Assembly: GCA_963762145.1 (NCBI GenBank)
Contig: CAVXJS010000008.1
Span: forward strand, 32,001 to 96,000
Direction of reading: 5' to 3'
DNA from: an uncultured Candidatus Rokubacteria bacterium
Lineage (GTDB): Bacteria > Methylomirabilota > Methylomirabilia > Rokubacteriales > CSP1-6
Length of the DNA stretch: 64,000 nucleotides
In this document: positions 17,981-28,670 of the stretch, one piece after another
Layout: every line of letters begins with the position of its first letter
How positions within the stretch are numbered: the first letter of the stretch is position 1
The notes under the pieces: generated by a model
What the model saw: only the letters and a program-made list of their open reading frames with translations
Told to the model about the DNA's origin: nothing
The model's database searches: none
Position numbers and translations under genes: made by a program

Positions 17981-19562
17981 CTACTTCAGCCAGACGTCCT
18001 TGAAGCGCATCATGCCGTCCGGGATCGGGTCGTAGCCCTGCACCCGCGGGCTGAAGGCCTTGGGCTCGATCGGGTGGACGATGAAGATCATCGGCAGCTC
18101 GTCCTGCAGGATGCGCACGAGCTGGCTGAAGAGCTTCTTGCGCTCGGCCTGGCTCGAGAGCTCGCGCGACTTGTCGAGCAGGGCGTCGATCTGCGGGTTC
18201 GAGATGCCCGACCAGTTGAGCGAGGTGCCCGGCGTGGTCTTGATAGAACTGGTAGGTGTTGCCGTCGGGATCCGGCCGGCCGCTCCACTGGTAGCTGACC
18301 ATCTCGAAGTTCTTGCCGTTGCCGTCCGAGAGCAGCGTGGCCGAGTCCACCAGCTTGATCTTCATGGTGATCCCGGCCTCCGCGAGCTGGGCCTGGATCA
18401 CCTCGGCCTCCTGGACGTTGATCGGGATGTTGTTGGTGGTGACCGTGAAGGTGAAGCCGCCGGGCTTGCCGCCCTCCGCGAGCTTGGCCTTGGCCTTCGC
18501 GAGGTCGCGCTTGATGAACGGAATCGAGCGGTCGTAGGCCCAGCTCGTCGGCGGGATCGGCCCGTTGGCGGGCACGCCCACGTTGAGCCACACGCCCTTG
18601 ACGATCTGCTCGAGGTCGAGCGAGTAGGCCACCGCCTGACGGAGCGGCCTTGTTGTCGAACGGCGGCTTGGTGTGGTTGAGCTGGTAGGCGAAGTCGGCG
18701 AGCGACGGCACGTCGAGTACCACCACGTTCCGGTCGGCCTTCACGGCGGCCACGTCGCGCGGCTGCGACGTAGTCCATCACGTGGATCTCGCCCGCCTGG
18801 AGGCTCTGCAGCTTGACGGTGTCGTCCGGGATGGGCCGGTAGCGGATCTGCTCGAGGTAGGGCCCGCCCTGCTTGTTCCAGTAGTTGTCGTTCGCGTCGG
18901 ATGATGAGCCGGTCGTCCTTCACCCACTCCACGAACACGAAGGGCCCGGTGCCCGCGCCCCGGGCGTTGCGCTCGAGCTCGGCCCCCCGCTCCTGCGCCG
19001 TCTTGGGCGAGACCATCATGCCCGCGCGGTCGGTCAGAGTGGCGAGCAGCGCCGCGTCGGGCCGCTTCAGGTTCAGCCGCACCGTGTAGTCGTCCACCAC
19101 GTCCACCGTGTCGATGCTCGCCGTCTCACCCTTGCGCACCGACTTGGGCTCGGTCTTCATGCGGTTGAAGTTCCACTTCACCACCTCGGCGTTGAAGTCG
19201 GTCCCGTCGTGGAACTTCACCCCGCGGCGCAGCTTGAAGATGAGGGTCTTGGGGTCGGGCTGCTGCCAGGACTCGGCGAGCCCCGGCTTGATGCCGAGGT
19301 TGGCGTCGAGCACCACGAGCGGCTCGTAGATGTTGTGGTAGACCTGCCGGTCGATCTTGCTCCCCGACAGATGCGGGTCCATGGTGGCCGCCTCGACGTA
19401 GAAGCCGACGCGCAGGGTGCCGCCCTTCTTGGGGGTCTCCTGGGCCCACGCCCGCCCGGCGGCGCCGGGCGCGAGCGCGCTCGTCGCCCCCGCGAGCGCG
19501 GCGAGCCGGAGAAAGTCACGGCGAGATTCCGAGTGGGTCGCGTCGGGCTGCCTGGCCGCCAT
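17981..19562 (-). CDS. Family-5 ABC substrate-binding protein with Tat signal, several apparent frameshifts
   Basis: SRRDFLRLA Tat motif; PGLAESW, LRRGVKFHDGTDFNA, GTGPF; pieces in ORFs 18741, 18088 and 17961; SD AGGAGG. Confidence 0.88.
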
Positions 19563-19575
19563 ACCGTGTCCTCCT

Positions 19576-19630
19576 GAAGAGTGGGCCGAAGAGTGGGCTG
19601 AAGAGTGGGCCGAAGAGTGGGCCGAAGAGT
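19576..19630. repeat. 12-bp tandem repeat (GAAGAGTGGGCY x 4.6)
   Basis: Units start at 19576, 19588, 19600, 19612, with a partial unit at 19624; intergenic. Confidence 0.95.
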
Positions 19631-19645
19631 CGGTTGTCGGGTCGC

Positions 19646-20800
19646 CTACAGCCGGCTCTCGTCGATCTTGAGGCCGAGCCAGTGGCGGCCGACGAGCTCG
19701 TAGTGGGCCAGCCGGGCCTGCAGGTGCTGGCTCATCACGTGGACGTCCTGGAAATGGCGCTGGATCGGGCTCGACTCGTAGGCCGCGGTGGCGCCCGCCA
19801 TGTTGTAGACCATGTCCACCACCGAGACCGCGGTGCGGATGCCGTCGGTGGTGGCCAGGCGCAGCACCGCGCGCTGCTCGAGCGTGACCGCCCCGTGGGT
19901 GACCACCGCGTCCCAGATCCCGCCCACCGCCTCCCGGAGAAAGGCGAGGCCCGACCGCACCCGTGCCTCGGCGCGGCCCACCTCGTTCTGGATCATCGGC
20001 TGGTCGCGCAGCAGCGCGTCCATGGCCCGCGGGGTCTTGGTGGTGGCCAGCTCCATGAACGCGTCCAGGCAGCTCCGGGCGGTGCCGAGCGCCACCGCCG
20101 CGTCCCCGGAGGCGAAGACCAGCGTGCGCGGCAGCCGGTAGAGCGGGCCCGGCTCGACCAGCGGCGCGGTCACCGACTTCACCGTCCGGTCCTCGGGCAC
20201 GAACACGTCGTCCACCTGGAAGTGGTTCGTGCCGGTGCCGCGCATGCCGCGGACCTGCCAGGTGTCGAGGATCTGGGCCTCCGCGCGCGGCACGAAGCAG
20301 TAGCGCATCTCGGGCTGGCCGTCGTCGAGCCGGGGGCGGCCCTGCTCGGTGACGGTGGTGTGGGCGGCCAGCCACGAGGCGTGCCGGCTGCCGGTGCTGA
20401 AGCCCTGGCGGCCGGTGACCCGGTAGCCGCCCGGCACCACGATGGCCTGCGCGCTGGCCTGCGGCGTGTTGGCCACCACGCTGCGCGGGGTGTCGATCCA
20501 GATGGCCCGCGCGGCCGAGGGCTCCATTCGCGCCGCGTAGGTCGCGAAGACCGAGACCTGGTTGGTCACCCATGCGGTGCTCGCGTCGGCCCGCCCGAGC
20601 TCCTCGATCACCTGGATGTAGCTCGGCAGGTCCATCTCGAAGCCGCCGAGCGTCCGCGGCAACACGAGCCGGAAGAGGCCCGCGTCGGCCATCGCCTCGA
20701 AGAGCGGACGCGGCAGCTCGCGCAGCGCGTCCGTCTCCGGGGCCGACGACCGGATCAGCGGCGCGAGCTTCCGCGCCGTCTCGAGCGGCGACGGGGTCAC
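19646..20800 (-). CDS. Acyl-CoA-dehydrogenase-fold flavin-dependent hydroxylase (HsaA/C2-like)
   Basis: LGRADASTAW, FSTGSRHASW, WQVRGMRGTGT, IQRHFQDVH; GTG start overlaps the upstream stop. Confidence 0.88.
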   Translation of the reverse strand: MTPSPLETARKLAPLIRSSAPETDALRELPRPLFEAMADAGLFRLVLPRTLGGFEMDLPSYIQVIEELGRADASTAWVTNQVSVFATYAARMEPSAARAIWIDTPRSVVANTPQASAQAIVVPGGYRVTGRQGFSTGSRHASWLAAHTTVTEQGRPRLDDGQPEMRYCFVPRAEAQILDTWQVRGMRGTGTNHFQVDDVFVPEDRTVKSVTAPLVEPGPLYRLPRTLVFASGDAAVALGTARSCLDAFMELATTKTPRAMDALLRDQPMIQNEVGRAEARVRSGLAFLREAVGGIWDAVVTHGAVTLEQRAVLRLATTDGIRTAVSVVDMVYNMAGATAAYESSPIQRHFQDVHVMSQHLQARLAHYELVGRHWLGLKIDESRL

Positions 20801-21117
20801 TGGATCGGCGAGTGCGGCGTCGCGGTCAGGCGGGTCACCTTGATCTGCTCGCGGTCGATCATGGTGCCGACCCGCGCGGAGATCTCGTTCTTCCAGTAGT
20901 CGCTCTGGTAGACCGCGTCGTAGAGCCGCTTCCGCTCCGCCTCGCTGTCGAAGCGGCGGATCCAGACGTAGACCGACTGGTCCTCCTCGCCGACGAAGCT
21001 GCCGAGGATGACCATGCCCATCTTGACCTGGAACGGGATGATCTCCTCCTCCATGCACTTGACCCACTTCTCCTGCTGCCCGGGACGGATGTGGTACTGC
21101 CTGAGCTCGAAGAACAT
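20797..21117 (-). CDS. NIPSNAP family protein
   Basis: MFFELRQYHIRPG...YVWIRRFDSEAER...LTATPHSPIQ; SD GAGGAGG. Confidence 0.9.
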   Translation of the reverse strand: MFFELRQYHIRPGQQEKWVKCMEEEIIPFQVKMGMVILGSFVGEEDQSVYVWIRRFDSEAERKRLYDAVYQSDYWKNEISARVGTMIDREQIKVTRLTATPHSPIQ

Positions 21118-22226
21118 CACGGCCTCCTCGGTTCGAGTGCACTCCCCGCCAGCCAGTCCGCCACCGCCCCGCACCCGGCGTGATCCGGGCGCTCCCGGGC
21201 CAGATCCAGCGCCGTCTTGCCGTCCCCGTTCCGCCGGGCCGGATCCGCGCCCGCGTCCAGCAGCAGCTTCACCGTCTCCAGGGCCCCCGCGCGCGCCGCC
21301 TCGTGCAGCGGGCCGCCGCGCGCGCTCGTCGCCTGGGCCAGGCGTCGGTCCTCGACCAGCCGCTGCCGCACCTTCGACACCCACCCCCAGCTCGCGGCCA
21401 CGCAGATCCCGAACGCCTCAGGCGTGCAGCCTAGCACGGGATCGCGAAGCGTGGGATCCGCGCCCGCGGCGCGCAGGAGGGCCACCACCGGGGCCGCTCC
21501 CGCGAAGTACGCCCAGTGGAGCGCCGTGCCGCCCGCGAAGGCACGGAAGGCCAGGTCGGGGCCGTGCGCGAGGAGCTCCCGCACCGCCCCCTCGTGGCCG
21601 GCACGACAGGCGATGTAGAGGGCGTCGGCCACGATCTCGGGGACGGAGTCGGGCGGGCACGGCAGCCGGGTGCCGTCCGGAGCGAAGCGCGTGCTCCCGG
21701 TCTTCGAGGCGCCGGTCTTCGGACGGCCGTCGGGGCCGAAGAAGGCGCGGATCCGCTCGACGTCGCCCAGGCCGGCGGCGCAGAAGAGGTCGGGCTCCAC
21801 GCCGGCCCGCACCAGCGCCCGCGCCGCGTCGAAGGACTCTGCGGTCACCGCCCAGGACAGCGGGGTGTGCGCGGAGTGTGCGTAGGCCCGGCCCGGGTCC
21901 GCGCCGCGGCTCAGCAGCACCGGGACCAGGCCGGCGCGGTTCGCATCGACGGCGGCCAGCAGCGGCGTCTGGCCATCGGCGTCGCGCGCGTTGGCCAGGC
22001 CGGGATCGGCGTCGAGCAGCCGGCCCACGGTGCCCTCGTCGCCGACGCTTGATCGCGTCGAAGAGCTCGCTCGACCGGTCGGGCGGCGCGATCCGGCGGC
22101 AGCGCCGATCGAGCCGGGCGCGCAGCGCGCGCCAGCTCGTGAAGCCGTGCTCCCGCGCGTACCGCGAGCTGGGCGGTCGGCCAGACGCGCGTGCCGGGTT
22201 GCACGCGAAGCAGCGTCGGGTGAGTC
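21117..22226 (-). CDS. Ankyrin-repeat protein; 5' part frameshifted, start approximate
   Basis: GQTPLLAAV, HTPLSWAV, GTALHWAY, GPLHEAA, GKTALDLA; upstream AQLA/AREHGFTSWRAL motif split across frames. Confidence 0.8.
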   Translation of the reverse strand, partial: DSPDAASRATRHARLADRPARGTRGSTASRAGARCAPGSIGAAAGSRRPTGRASSSTRSSVGDEGTVGRLLDADPGLANARDADGQTPLLAAVDANRAGLVPVLLSRGADPGRAYAHSAHTPLSWAVTAESFDAARALVRAGVEPDLFCAAGLGDVERIRAFFGPDGRPKTGASKTGSTRFAPDGTRLPCPPDSVPEIVADALYIACRAGHEGAVRELLAHGPDLAFRAFAGGTALHWAYFAGAAPVVALLRAAGADPTLRDPVLGCTPEAFGICVAASWGWVSKVRQRLVEDRRLAQATSARGGPLHEAARAGALETVKLLLDAGADPARRNGDGKTALDLARERPDHAGCGAVADWLAGSALEPRRP

Positions 22227-22321
22227 GACCCTTCACGCGGACCGTCAGCCGCCTGGTCGGCTGGGACAAGTCTACGACGGGTCGCCGCCAGGTCAAGGCC
22301 TCGTGTAGAATCCCGAGGGTC

Positions 22322-23359
22322 ATGACCCACCTCGTCTGCGGCTGCTGCCATGTGCGCGCGGCCGCCCCGGTCGCGCTCGCGGCGCCGCGCGGACCGCGCC
22401 GTCCGGCCCCGGCCTCCCACGGCCGCCCCGCCGCGGCCGCCCCGCGCGCCGCCGCCAACCCCGGCGTCCAGGGCTATTCCCCGCCGCCGCCCCCGGTCAG
22501 CCCGATCAAGGGGCTGATCGACTTCCACACCCACGCGGCGCCCGACATCTTCGGCCGGGCCCTCGACGACGACGAGCTCGCCACGCTGGCCGCCACGCGC
22601 CAGATGGAGGCGGTGGTCTTCAAGAACCACGTGACCCACACCGCCGACCGGGCCTTCCTCGTCCGCAAGCACGTACCGGGCATCAAGGTGTTCGGCGGCA
22701 TCACCCTCAACCACGCGGTCGGCGGGCTCAATCCGCAAGCGGTCGAGTGGATGTGGCGGATGCAGGGCGGCTTCGGCCGCGTGGTCTGGTTCCCGACGTT
22801 CGACGCCGATAACCACGTGAAGCGCGCAGGCACCGCGCCGGCCGGGATCCGCGTGCTGGACGAGCGCGGCCAGGTCCTGCCCGCGGCGCGCGCGGTGCTG
22901 AAGGTCTGCGCGGCCCAGCGCCTCGTGGTGCAGACCGGGCACGCCTCGCCCGACGAGGCGCTGGCCCTCATCGCGGCCGCGCGCGAGGAAGGCTGCGAGC
23001 GGATCGTGGTCACCCACGCCCAGTTCGACGTGGTGGGCATGAGCCTGGCGCACATGAAGAAGGCGGCGGCCCTCGGGGCCAAGCTCGAGCTCTGCGCCCT
23101 GCTCATGCTGTCCGGGCCGACCTCCCCGCTCGAGTTCATGCACCACACCGCGCGGGTGGAAGTCTCGGACACCGCGGCCCGCATCAAGGCGGTGGGCGCC
23201 CAGCACTTCGTGCTCGGCACCGACCTGGGCCAGGCCGGCAACCCCACCCCCGCCGACGGCCTCCAGATGCTGGTGGGCGGCCTCATGAAGGAAGGCATCA
23301 CCCGCGACCAGATCCAGACCATGGGGCGCGAGATTCCGGGCGCGCTCTTGATGGGCTGA
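22322..23359 (+). CDS. Amidohydrolase-fold protein (DUF6282-like)
   Basis: IDFHTHAAPD (HxH), FKNH, TGHASPDE, VTHA, LGTDLGQ; TAGAAT just upstream. Confidence 0.8.
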   Translation: MTHLVCGCCHVRAAAPVALAAPRGPRRPAPASHGRPAAAAPRAAANPGVQGYSPPPPPVSPIKGLIDFHTHAAPDIFGRALDDDELATLAATRQMEAVVFKNHVTHTADRAFLVRKHVPGIKVFGGITLNHAVGGLNPQAVEWMWRMQGGFGRVVWFPTFDADNHVKRAGTAPAGIRVLDERGQVLPAARAVLKVCAAQRLVVQTGHASPDEALALIAAAREEGCERIVVTHAQFDVVGMSLAHMKKAAALGAKLELCALLMLSGPTSPLEFMHHTARVEVSDTAARIKAVGAQHFVLGTDLGQAGNPTPADGLQMLVGGLMKEGITRDQIQTMGREIPGALLMG

Positions 23360-23373
23360 CGGAGACCCGCGCC

Positions 23374-24652
23374 ATGGCACTGCACATCGAAGTCATCTGC
23401 ACGGGGGACGAGGTGCTGACCGGCAAGATCGTCAACACCAACTTCAGCTACATCACCCAGAAGCTGGAGGACGTCGGGCTCTCCGTGCAGTGGGAGACCA
23501 CGGTCGGCGACGACCGGGAGAACCTGCTGCGGGCCTTCCAGCTCGCGGGCGAGCGCGCGGACGCGGTCATCGTCAACGGCGGCCTCGGGCCCACCGTGGA
23601 CGATCTCTCGCAGGAGATCGCGGCCAAGGCGGCCGGGGTCGAGCTCGCGCTGAACGAGGACTGGCTCAAGCGCATGGAGGACTTCTTCCAGCGCCGCAGC
23701 CGGGTGATGCCGCCCAACAACCGCAAGCAGGCCATGCTACCGACCACCTCAGAGGTCATCGACAACCCGATCGGCACCGCGTGCGGCTTCGCGGTGGACA
23801 TCGGCCGGGCGCGCTTCTACTTCACGCCCGGCGTCCCGCGGGAGCTGCGGCGCATGCTGGAGGAGCAGATCGTGCCGCGCCTGCTCGCCAAGGCCGGCCT
23901 GCCCGGGGCCATCTTCCTCAAGCGCTTCCACTCCTACGGGCTCGGCGAGTCGCACGTGGACTCCCTCCTGGCCGGCGTGGAGGACCTCGTGCCGGACGGC
24001 AGCGTGAAGCTCGGCTTCCGCGCCCACTACCCGCAGCTCGAGACCAAGCTGACCGCGCGCGGCCGCGACATGGACGACATCCGCCGCAAGCTCGAGCCGG
24101 TGGAGCGCGAGGTGCGCAAGCGCGTCGGCAACTTCATCCTGGGCGAGGACGACCAGACCCTCGAGGGCGTCATCCTGAAAGAGCTCCAGGGCCAGGCGGG
24201 CACGCTCTCGCTGGTCGAGACGTTCACGAGCGGACAGATGGCCGCGCGGCTCGCCCACCTGCCCGGCGCCGACGCGGTGTTCCGGCGCGGCGTCATCGCG
24301 CGCGCCCTGCCCGAGGTGTGGGCCGCGGTCGGGCTCACCGGCCCCGCGCCGGACGGCCCGCTGACCCCGACAGGTCGCGGAGACGGTGGCACGCGCGGCG
24401 CGGAGCCAGACCGGCGCCACCCACGCCCTCGCGGTGCTGATCGATCTCGACGACGGCCCCGACCGGATCGAGTTCGGCGGCACCATCTGCCTCGCGATCG
24501 CCACCGCGGGCGACGTGGCCTCGCGCAAGGCCCGCATCCTGGGCGGGCGCGACTGGGTGCGCCTCGGCGCGGTCGAGATGGGGCTCGACTGCCTGCGCCG
24601 CTACCTGCAGAAGCTGCCCGTGTACGAGCGGATCGACTTCGAGAAGACGTAG
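23374..24652 (+). CDS. cinA: CinA family protein (MoCF-binding domain plus degenerate PncC domain), frameshift near 24375
   Basis: CTGDEVLTGKIVNTN, VGDD, GGLGPTVDDLS, PGVPRE; C-terminal part in ORF 24386..24652. Confidence 0.85.
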
Positions 24653-24663
24653 GAGGCTCCCTC

Positions 24664-25499
24664 ATGAAGACCCCGGTGGAGAAGGCGGCCGCCTTCCGCG
24701 CGCTGCACGAGCGGCCCGGCGCCTTCGTGATCCCGAACCCCTGGGACGCGGGTACCGCGCGGCTCCTCGCCTCGCTCGGCTTCGAGGCCCTCGCCACCAC
24801 CAGCCTCGGGCTCGCCAACTCGCTCGGGCGGCGTGGACGGCACCAACGGGGTGAGCCGCGCCCAGGTGATCGAGAACTGCCGGGTGATCGCGGCGGCGAC
24901 CGACCTGCCGGTGAACGCGGACCTGGAGAACGGCTACGCCCACGAGCCGCGCGCCGCGGCCGAGATCATCCGGCTCGCCGCGGCGGCCGGCATCTCGGGC
25001 GGCTCGATCGAGGACGCCACCGGCGAGCCCGAGAAGCCGATCTACGACTTCCATCTCGCGGTCGAGCGCGTGCAGGCCGCGGTCGAGGTGGCGCGCGCCC
25101 TGCCCGTGCCCTTCATGCTGACCGCGCGCGCCGAGAACCTCCTGCACGGGCGCCTCGATCTCGACGACACCATCCGGCGCCTGCAGGCCTTCGAGAAGGC
25201 GGGCGCCGACGTGCTCTATGCGCCCGGCGTGCCGGGACCTCGCCACCATCCGCACCGTGGTGTCGGCGGTGAGCAAGCCGGTCAACGTGGTGATGAGCGC
25301 GGCGGATCCCGATCTCACGGTGGCCCAGCTCGCCGGCGTCGGCGTGAAGCGCATCAGCGTGGGCGGCGCGCTCTCCCGCCTGGCCCTGGCCGCCTTCATG
25401 AAGGGCGCCCGCGAGATGGCGGAGCGCGGCGGCTTCACCTGGATGCGCGACACCGTGCCGACCAAGGAGCTGAAGGACGTGTTCCGGAGGTGGCCGTAG
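24664..25499 (+). CDS. Isocitrate lyase/PEP mutase family protein, two apparent frameshifts
   Basis: PNPWDAGTAR, ATTS, PVNADLENGY, SIED, LTARAEN, GADVLYAPG, KRISVGG. Confidence 0.88.
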
Positions 25500-25503
25500 G
25501 CCC

Positions 25504-26376
25504 ATGATGCCGATCACGGTCACCTGCCTCACGCCCGCCTTCGCCGCGCGGATCGACGGCGTCGACATCAGCCGCCCGCTCGACGAGCCCAGTGGGCCGG
25601 CCATCCGCGCCGCCTTCGACGAGCACTCCGTGCTCCTCTTCCGCGGCGCCGCGCTGGACGACGAGACGCAGGTCGCCTTCAGCCTGCGCTTCGGCGCGCT
25701 CGAGGTGACCCGGAGCATGAACCCGGCCGCGGGCACGCCCTTCGCGCGCCAGTCGAACCTCGACATCAAGACCGGCGAGGTCATCCCCGCCGAGGACCGG
25801 CGGATGGTCTACCAGCTCGCCAACATGCTCTGGCACAGCGATAGCTCCTTCAAGCCGGTGCCCTCGCTCTGCTCGCTCCTCACCGGGCGGATCGTGCCGC
25901 CCGAGGGCGGCGCCACCGAGTTCGCGAGCGCGCGCGCCGCCTACCCTCGCTGCCGGAGGACCTGGAAGCGACGCGCGGAGGCACGCCGTCGCCGTCCACG
26001 ACTTCGCGTGGTCGCGCGACCAGGTCCGGCCGGGCTTCTTCACCGCCGAGGAGCGCGCCTGTACTCCCCGGTGCGCCACCGGCTCGTGCGCGCCAATCCG
26101 GTGAACGGCCGCCGCGCGCCCTCTTCCTGGGCGCGCACGCCTCCCACCTCGAGGGTCTGCCGATCGACGAGGGCCGCGCGCTCCTCCGGGGCCCGCTCGA
26201 TTACGTCACCCAGCCCGAGTTCTGTACCGGCACGAGTGGGAGGCGGGCGACCTCGTGGATCTGGGACAACCGCTGCGTGCTCCACCGCGCCACTCCGTAC
26301 GACACCGAGCGCCACCAGCGCCTCATGCAGCGGACCACCATCGTCGGGCGACCCCGCGGAGCCCGTGGCGCGATGA
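25504..26376 (+). CDS. TauD/TfdA family Fe(II)/2-oxoglutarate dioxygenase, frameshifted
   Basis: WHSDSSF (HxD), GGATEFA, WDNRCVLHRA (alternate frame). Confidence 0.85.
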   Translation: MMPITVTCLTPAFAARIDGVDISRPLDEPSGPAIRAAFDEHSVLLFRGAALDDETQVAFSLRFGALEVTRSMNPAAGTPFARQSNLDIKTGEVIPAEDRRMVYQLANMLWHSDSSFKPVPSLCSLLTGRIVPPEGGATEFASARAAYPRCRRTWKRRAEARRRRPRLRVVARPGPAGLLHRRGARLYSPVRHRLVRANPVNGRRAPSSWARTPPTSRVCRSTRAARSSGARSITSPSPSSVPARVGGGRPRGSGTTAACSTAPLRTTPSATSASCSGPPSSGDPAEPVAR

Positions 26377-27376
26377 AGCAGGTCGTGCTCGATCGCTACG
26401 GCGCGCCGGAAGACGTGCCGCGTGCGCCGAGGTTCCCGACGTCGGCGCGCCCGCGGCGGGCGAAGTCGTGTTCGACGTGCTCCTCTTCCCGATCAATCCC
26501 GGCGGATGTCTCGTTCTGCCAAGGGACTCTATCGCCTGCAGGCCGGCCCTGCCCGCGGCACCGGGCGCCGAGTGCGTCGGGCGCGTCACCGCGGTCGGCG
26601 CCGGCGTCTCGCACGTGAAGCCGGGCGATCTCGTCATCAACCTGCAGCGCGAGAACTGGACCCAGCGGCGCCGTGTCGACGCCGACGACGTGATCGCGGT
26701 GCCGGCCGCGCTCGACCTCCGCCAGGCCGCCATGCTGCGCATCAACCCGCCGACGGCGCTCCTGCTCCTGACCGACATCGTCGAGTTGAAGCCGGGCGAC
26801 TGGGTGATCCAGAACGTCGCCAACTCGGCCGTCGGCCGGCTTCTCATCCGCCTGCGCAGGCGCGCGGGCTGCGCACGCTGAACGTGGTGCGGCGCCCCTC
26901 GCTGTTCGCCGAGCTCGAGGCACTCGGCGCCGACGCCTGCGCCGTCGACGGGCCCGACCTCGCCGAAACCGTGAGGGCCGGACCGGCGGCGCCTCGATTC
27001 GCCTCGGCATCGACGCGGTCTCCGGCCGCGCGACGACCCGCCTCTCCTCGTGCCTCGGCGAGGGCGGCGTCGTGTGCAACTACGGGTCGATGTCCGGCGA
27101 GGATCCGGTGATGTCGCGCGGCGCGCTGACCTCCGGGGGCCAGAAGCTGGTGGGCTTCGTCCTCGGGCGAGGGCTCGCCACGCGCTCGCTCACGCAGATC
27201 CGCGCCCTCTACGCCGACCTCGCCCAGCAGCTTCTCGACGGACGCCTCTCCGCGCCCGTCGAGAAGATCTACCCGATCGAGGAGATCAAGACGGCCCTGG
27301 CCCACGCCCAGCAGGGCGAGCGCACGGGCAAGATCCTGGTCGCCCCAACGGGCCGATCCAGGGAGGCCCGGCATGA
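26373..27376 (+). CDS. MDR-family 2-enoyl thioester reductase-like oxidoreductase, frameshifted
   Basis: PINPAD, PGAECVG, AAMLRINPPTA, QNVANSAVG, YGSMSG, GKILV across ORFs 26255 and 27072. Confidence 0.82.
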
Positions 27377-27777
27377 TCAGGCCCAATCTGCTCGCGTGGC
27401 AATGGAACGACTACGCGGCCAAGCATCGCGACCGCGTGAACCTGCTGGTCCACCTGGTGGCGGTGCCTCTGTTCCAGGTCGGCACGCTGCTCCTTCTGGC
27501 CGGCATGGGCGCCCGGTCCGTCCCCGGAATCGGCATCGGCCTGGCCTGCCTCGCGGCCGGAGTCCTGATCGAAGGCCGAGGGCACGCGCGGAGCGGCGAA
27601 GCGCCCGTACCGTTCGATGGACCGATCGACTTCGCGAGCCGCTTCGTCGTCGAGCAGTGGATCACGTTTCCGCGCTTCGTCCTGAGCGGAGCGTGGCGGC
27701 GCAACTTCCGGGCGGCGGCGGCGCCGCGGGTAGGGGCCCGGGCTCGCCGGGGTCAGGCCCGCAGCACCTTCGCGTAG
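27373..27777 (+). CDS. DUF962/Mpo1-like membrane protein
   Basis: Y..H....N...H..AVP motif and GRGH..E..PF; two hydrophobic helices. Confidence 0.75.
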   Translation: MIRPNLLAWQWNDYAAKHRDRVNLLVHLVAVPLFQVGTLLLLAGMGARSVPGIGIGLACLAAGVLIEGRGHARSGEAPVPFDGPIDFASRFVVEQWITFPRFVLSGAWRRNFRAAAAPRVGARARRGQARSTFA

Positions 27778-28590
27778 CGCGTCGAGCCGCGGCAGCACGG
27801 TCGCGCGGCTCCGACGGCAGCCCGAAGATCGCGCGCTGGACACCCGCCGCCGCGAGCGCGTCGAGCGCCTCCCTCTTGGGCGGCGCGAAGAAGATCGAGA
27901 CCGGCGCCGACTTCGGATCGCGGCCCGCCTGCTTCAGGCGCTCCCGCAGCTCGGGGATCTGCTCCACCGGGTTCTGGTGCGGGCGCATGATCGGCATCCA
28001 GCCGTCGCCGTACTCGACCACGCGGTCGAACGTCGTCGCGCCGTCGCCGCCGATGATGACCGGCGGGTGCGGCTTCTGCGCCGGCTTGGGATCGGACCAG
28101 ATCTTGTCGAAGTTCACGAACTCGCCGTGGAACTCGCCTCGCGCTTGGTCCAGATCTCCTTCATGGCGAGCACGCGCTCGCGGAGCAGCGCCAGCGCGTC
28201 TTGAACGCGGTGCCGTGGTTCTCCATCTCCTCGGCGTTCCAGCCGCCGCCGATGCCGAAGAGGACGCGGCCGCCCGAGAGCCGGTCGAGCGTGGCGACCT
28301 CCTTGGCGGTGATGATCGGGTCGCGCTCGATGACGAGGCAGATGCCGGTGCCGAGCTTGAGCCGCTTCGTCGCGCCCGCCGCCGCCATCAGCGCGACGAA
28401 CGGATCGTAGGCGGACCAGTACTCCTTGGGCAGCTCGCCGCCGCCCGGCCACGGGCTCCGCCGGCTCGCCGGGATGTGCGTGTGCTCCGGGAACCACAGC
28501 GACTCGAAGCCGCGCTCCTCGAGCGCGCGCGCCAGCTCGTCCGGGCGCGATCGCGTAGTCGGTGGGGAACATGACGACGCCGTAGTCCAT
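27753..28590 (-). CDS. LLM-class oxidoreductase, probably F420-dependent (Rv2161c-like), frameshifted
   Basis: MFPTDY, PEHTHIP, LGTGICLVIERDPIITAKEVATLD, GWNAEEMENHG, PKPAQKPHPP. Confidence 0.85.
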
Positions 28591-28670
28591 GAGACGCCCT
28601 CCTTCTATCGGGTCGGCGATTGGGCTGGGGGTTCGCGGGCGATTGTACTACCCTGTGCGGCGGACCGGCC

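Noticed and set aside
19576-19630. Possible CRISPR array
   Set aside because: Units are 12 bp and contiguous with no spacers; no cas genes in the window.
18741-20573. Apparent 610-aa protein containing SSAH repeats fused to the binding protein
   Set aside because: The frame runs through the hydroxylase shadow and the intergenic 12-bp repeat; the real gene has its own SD and ATG at 19562.
23374-25272. Apparent CinA-PEP mutase fusion (632-aa ORF)
   Set aside because: Artefact of indels; CinA ends at TAG 24652 and the next gene has its own SD and ATG at 24664.
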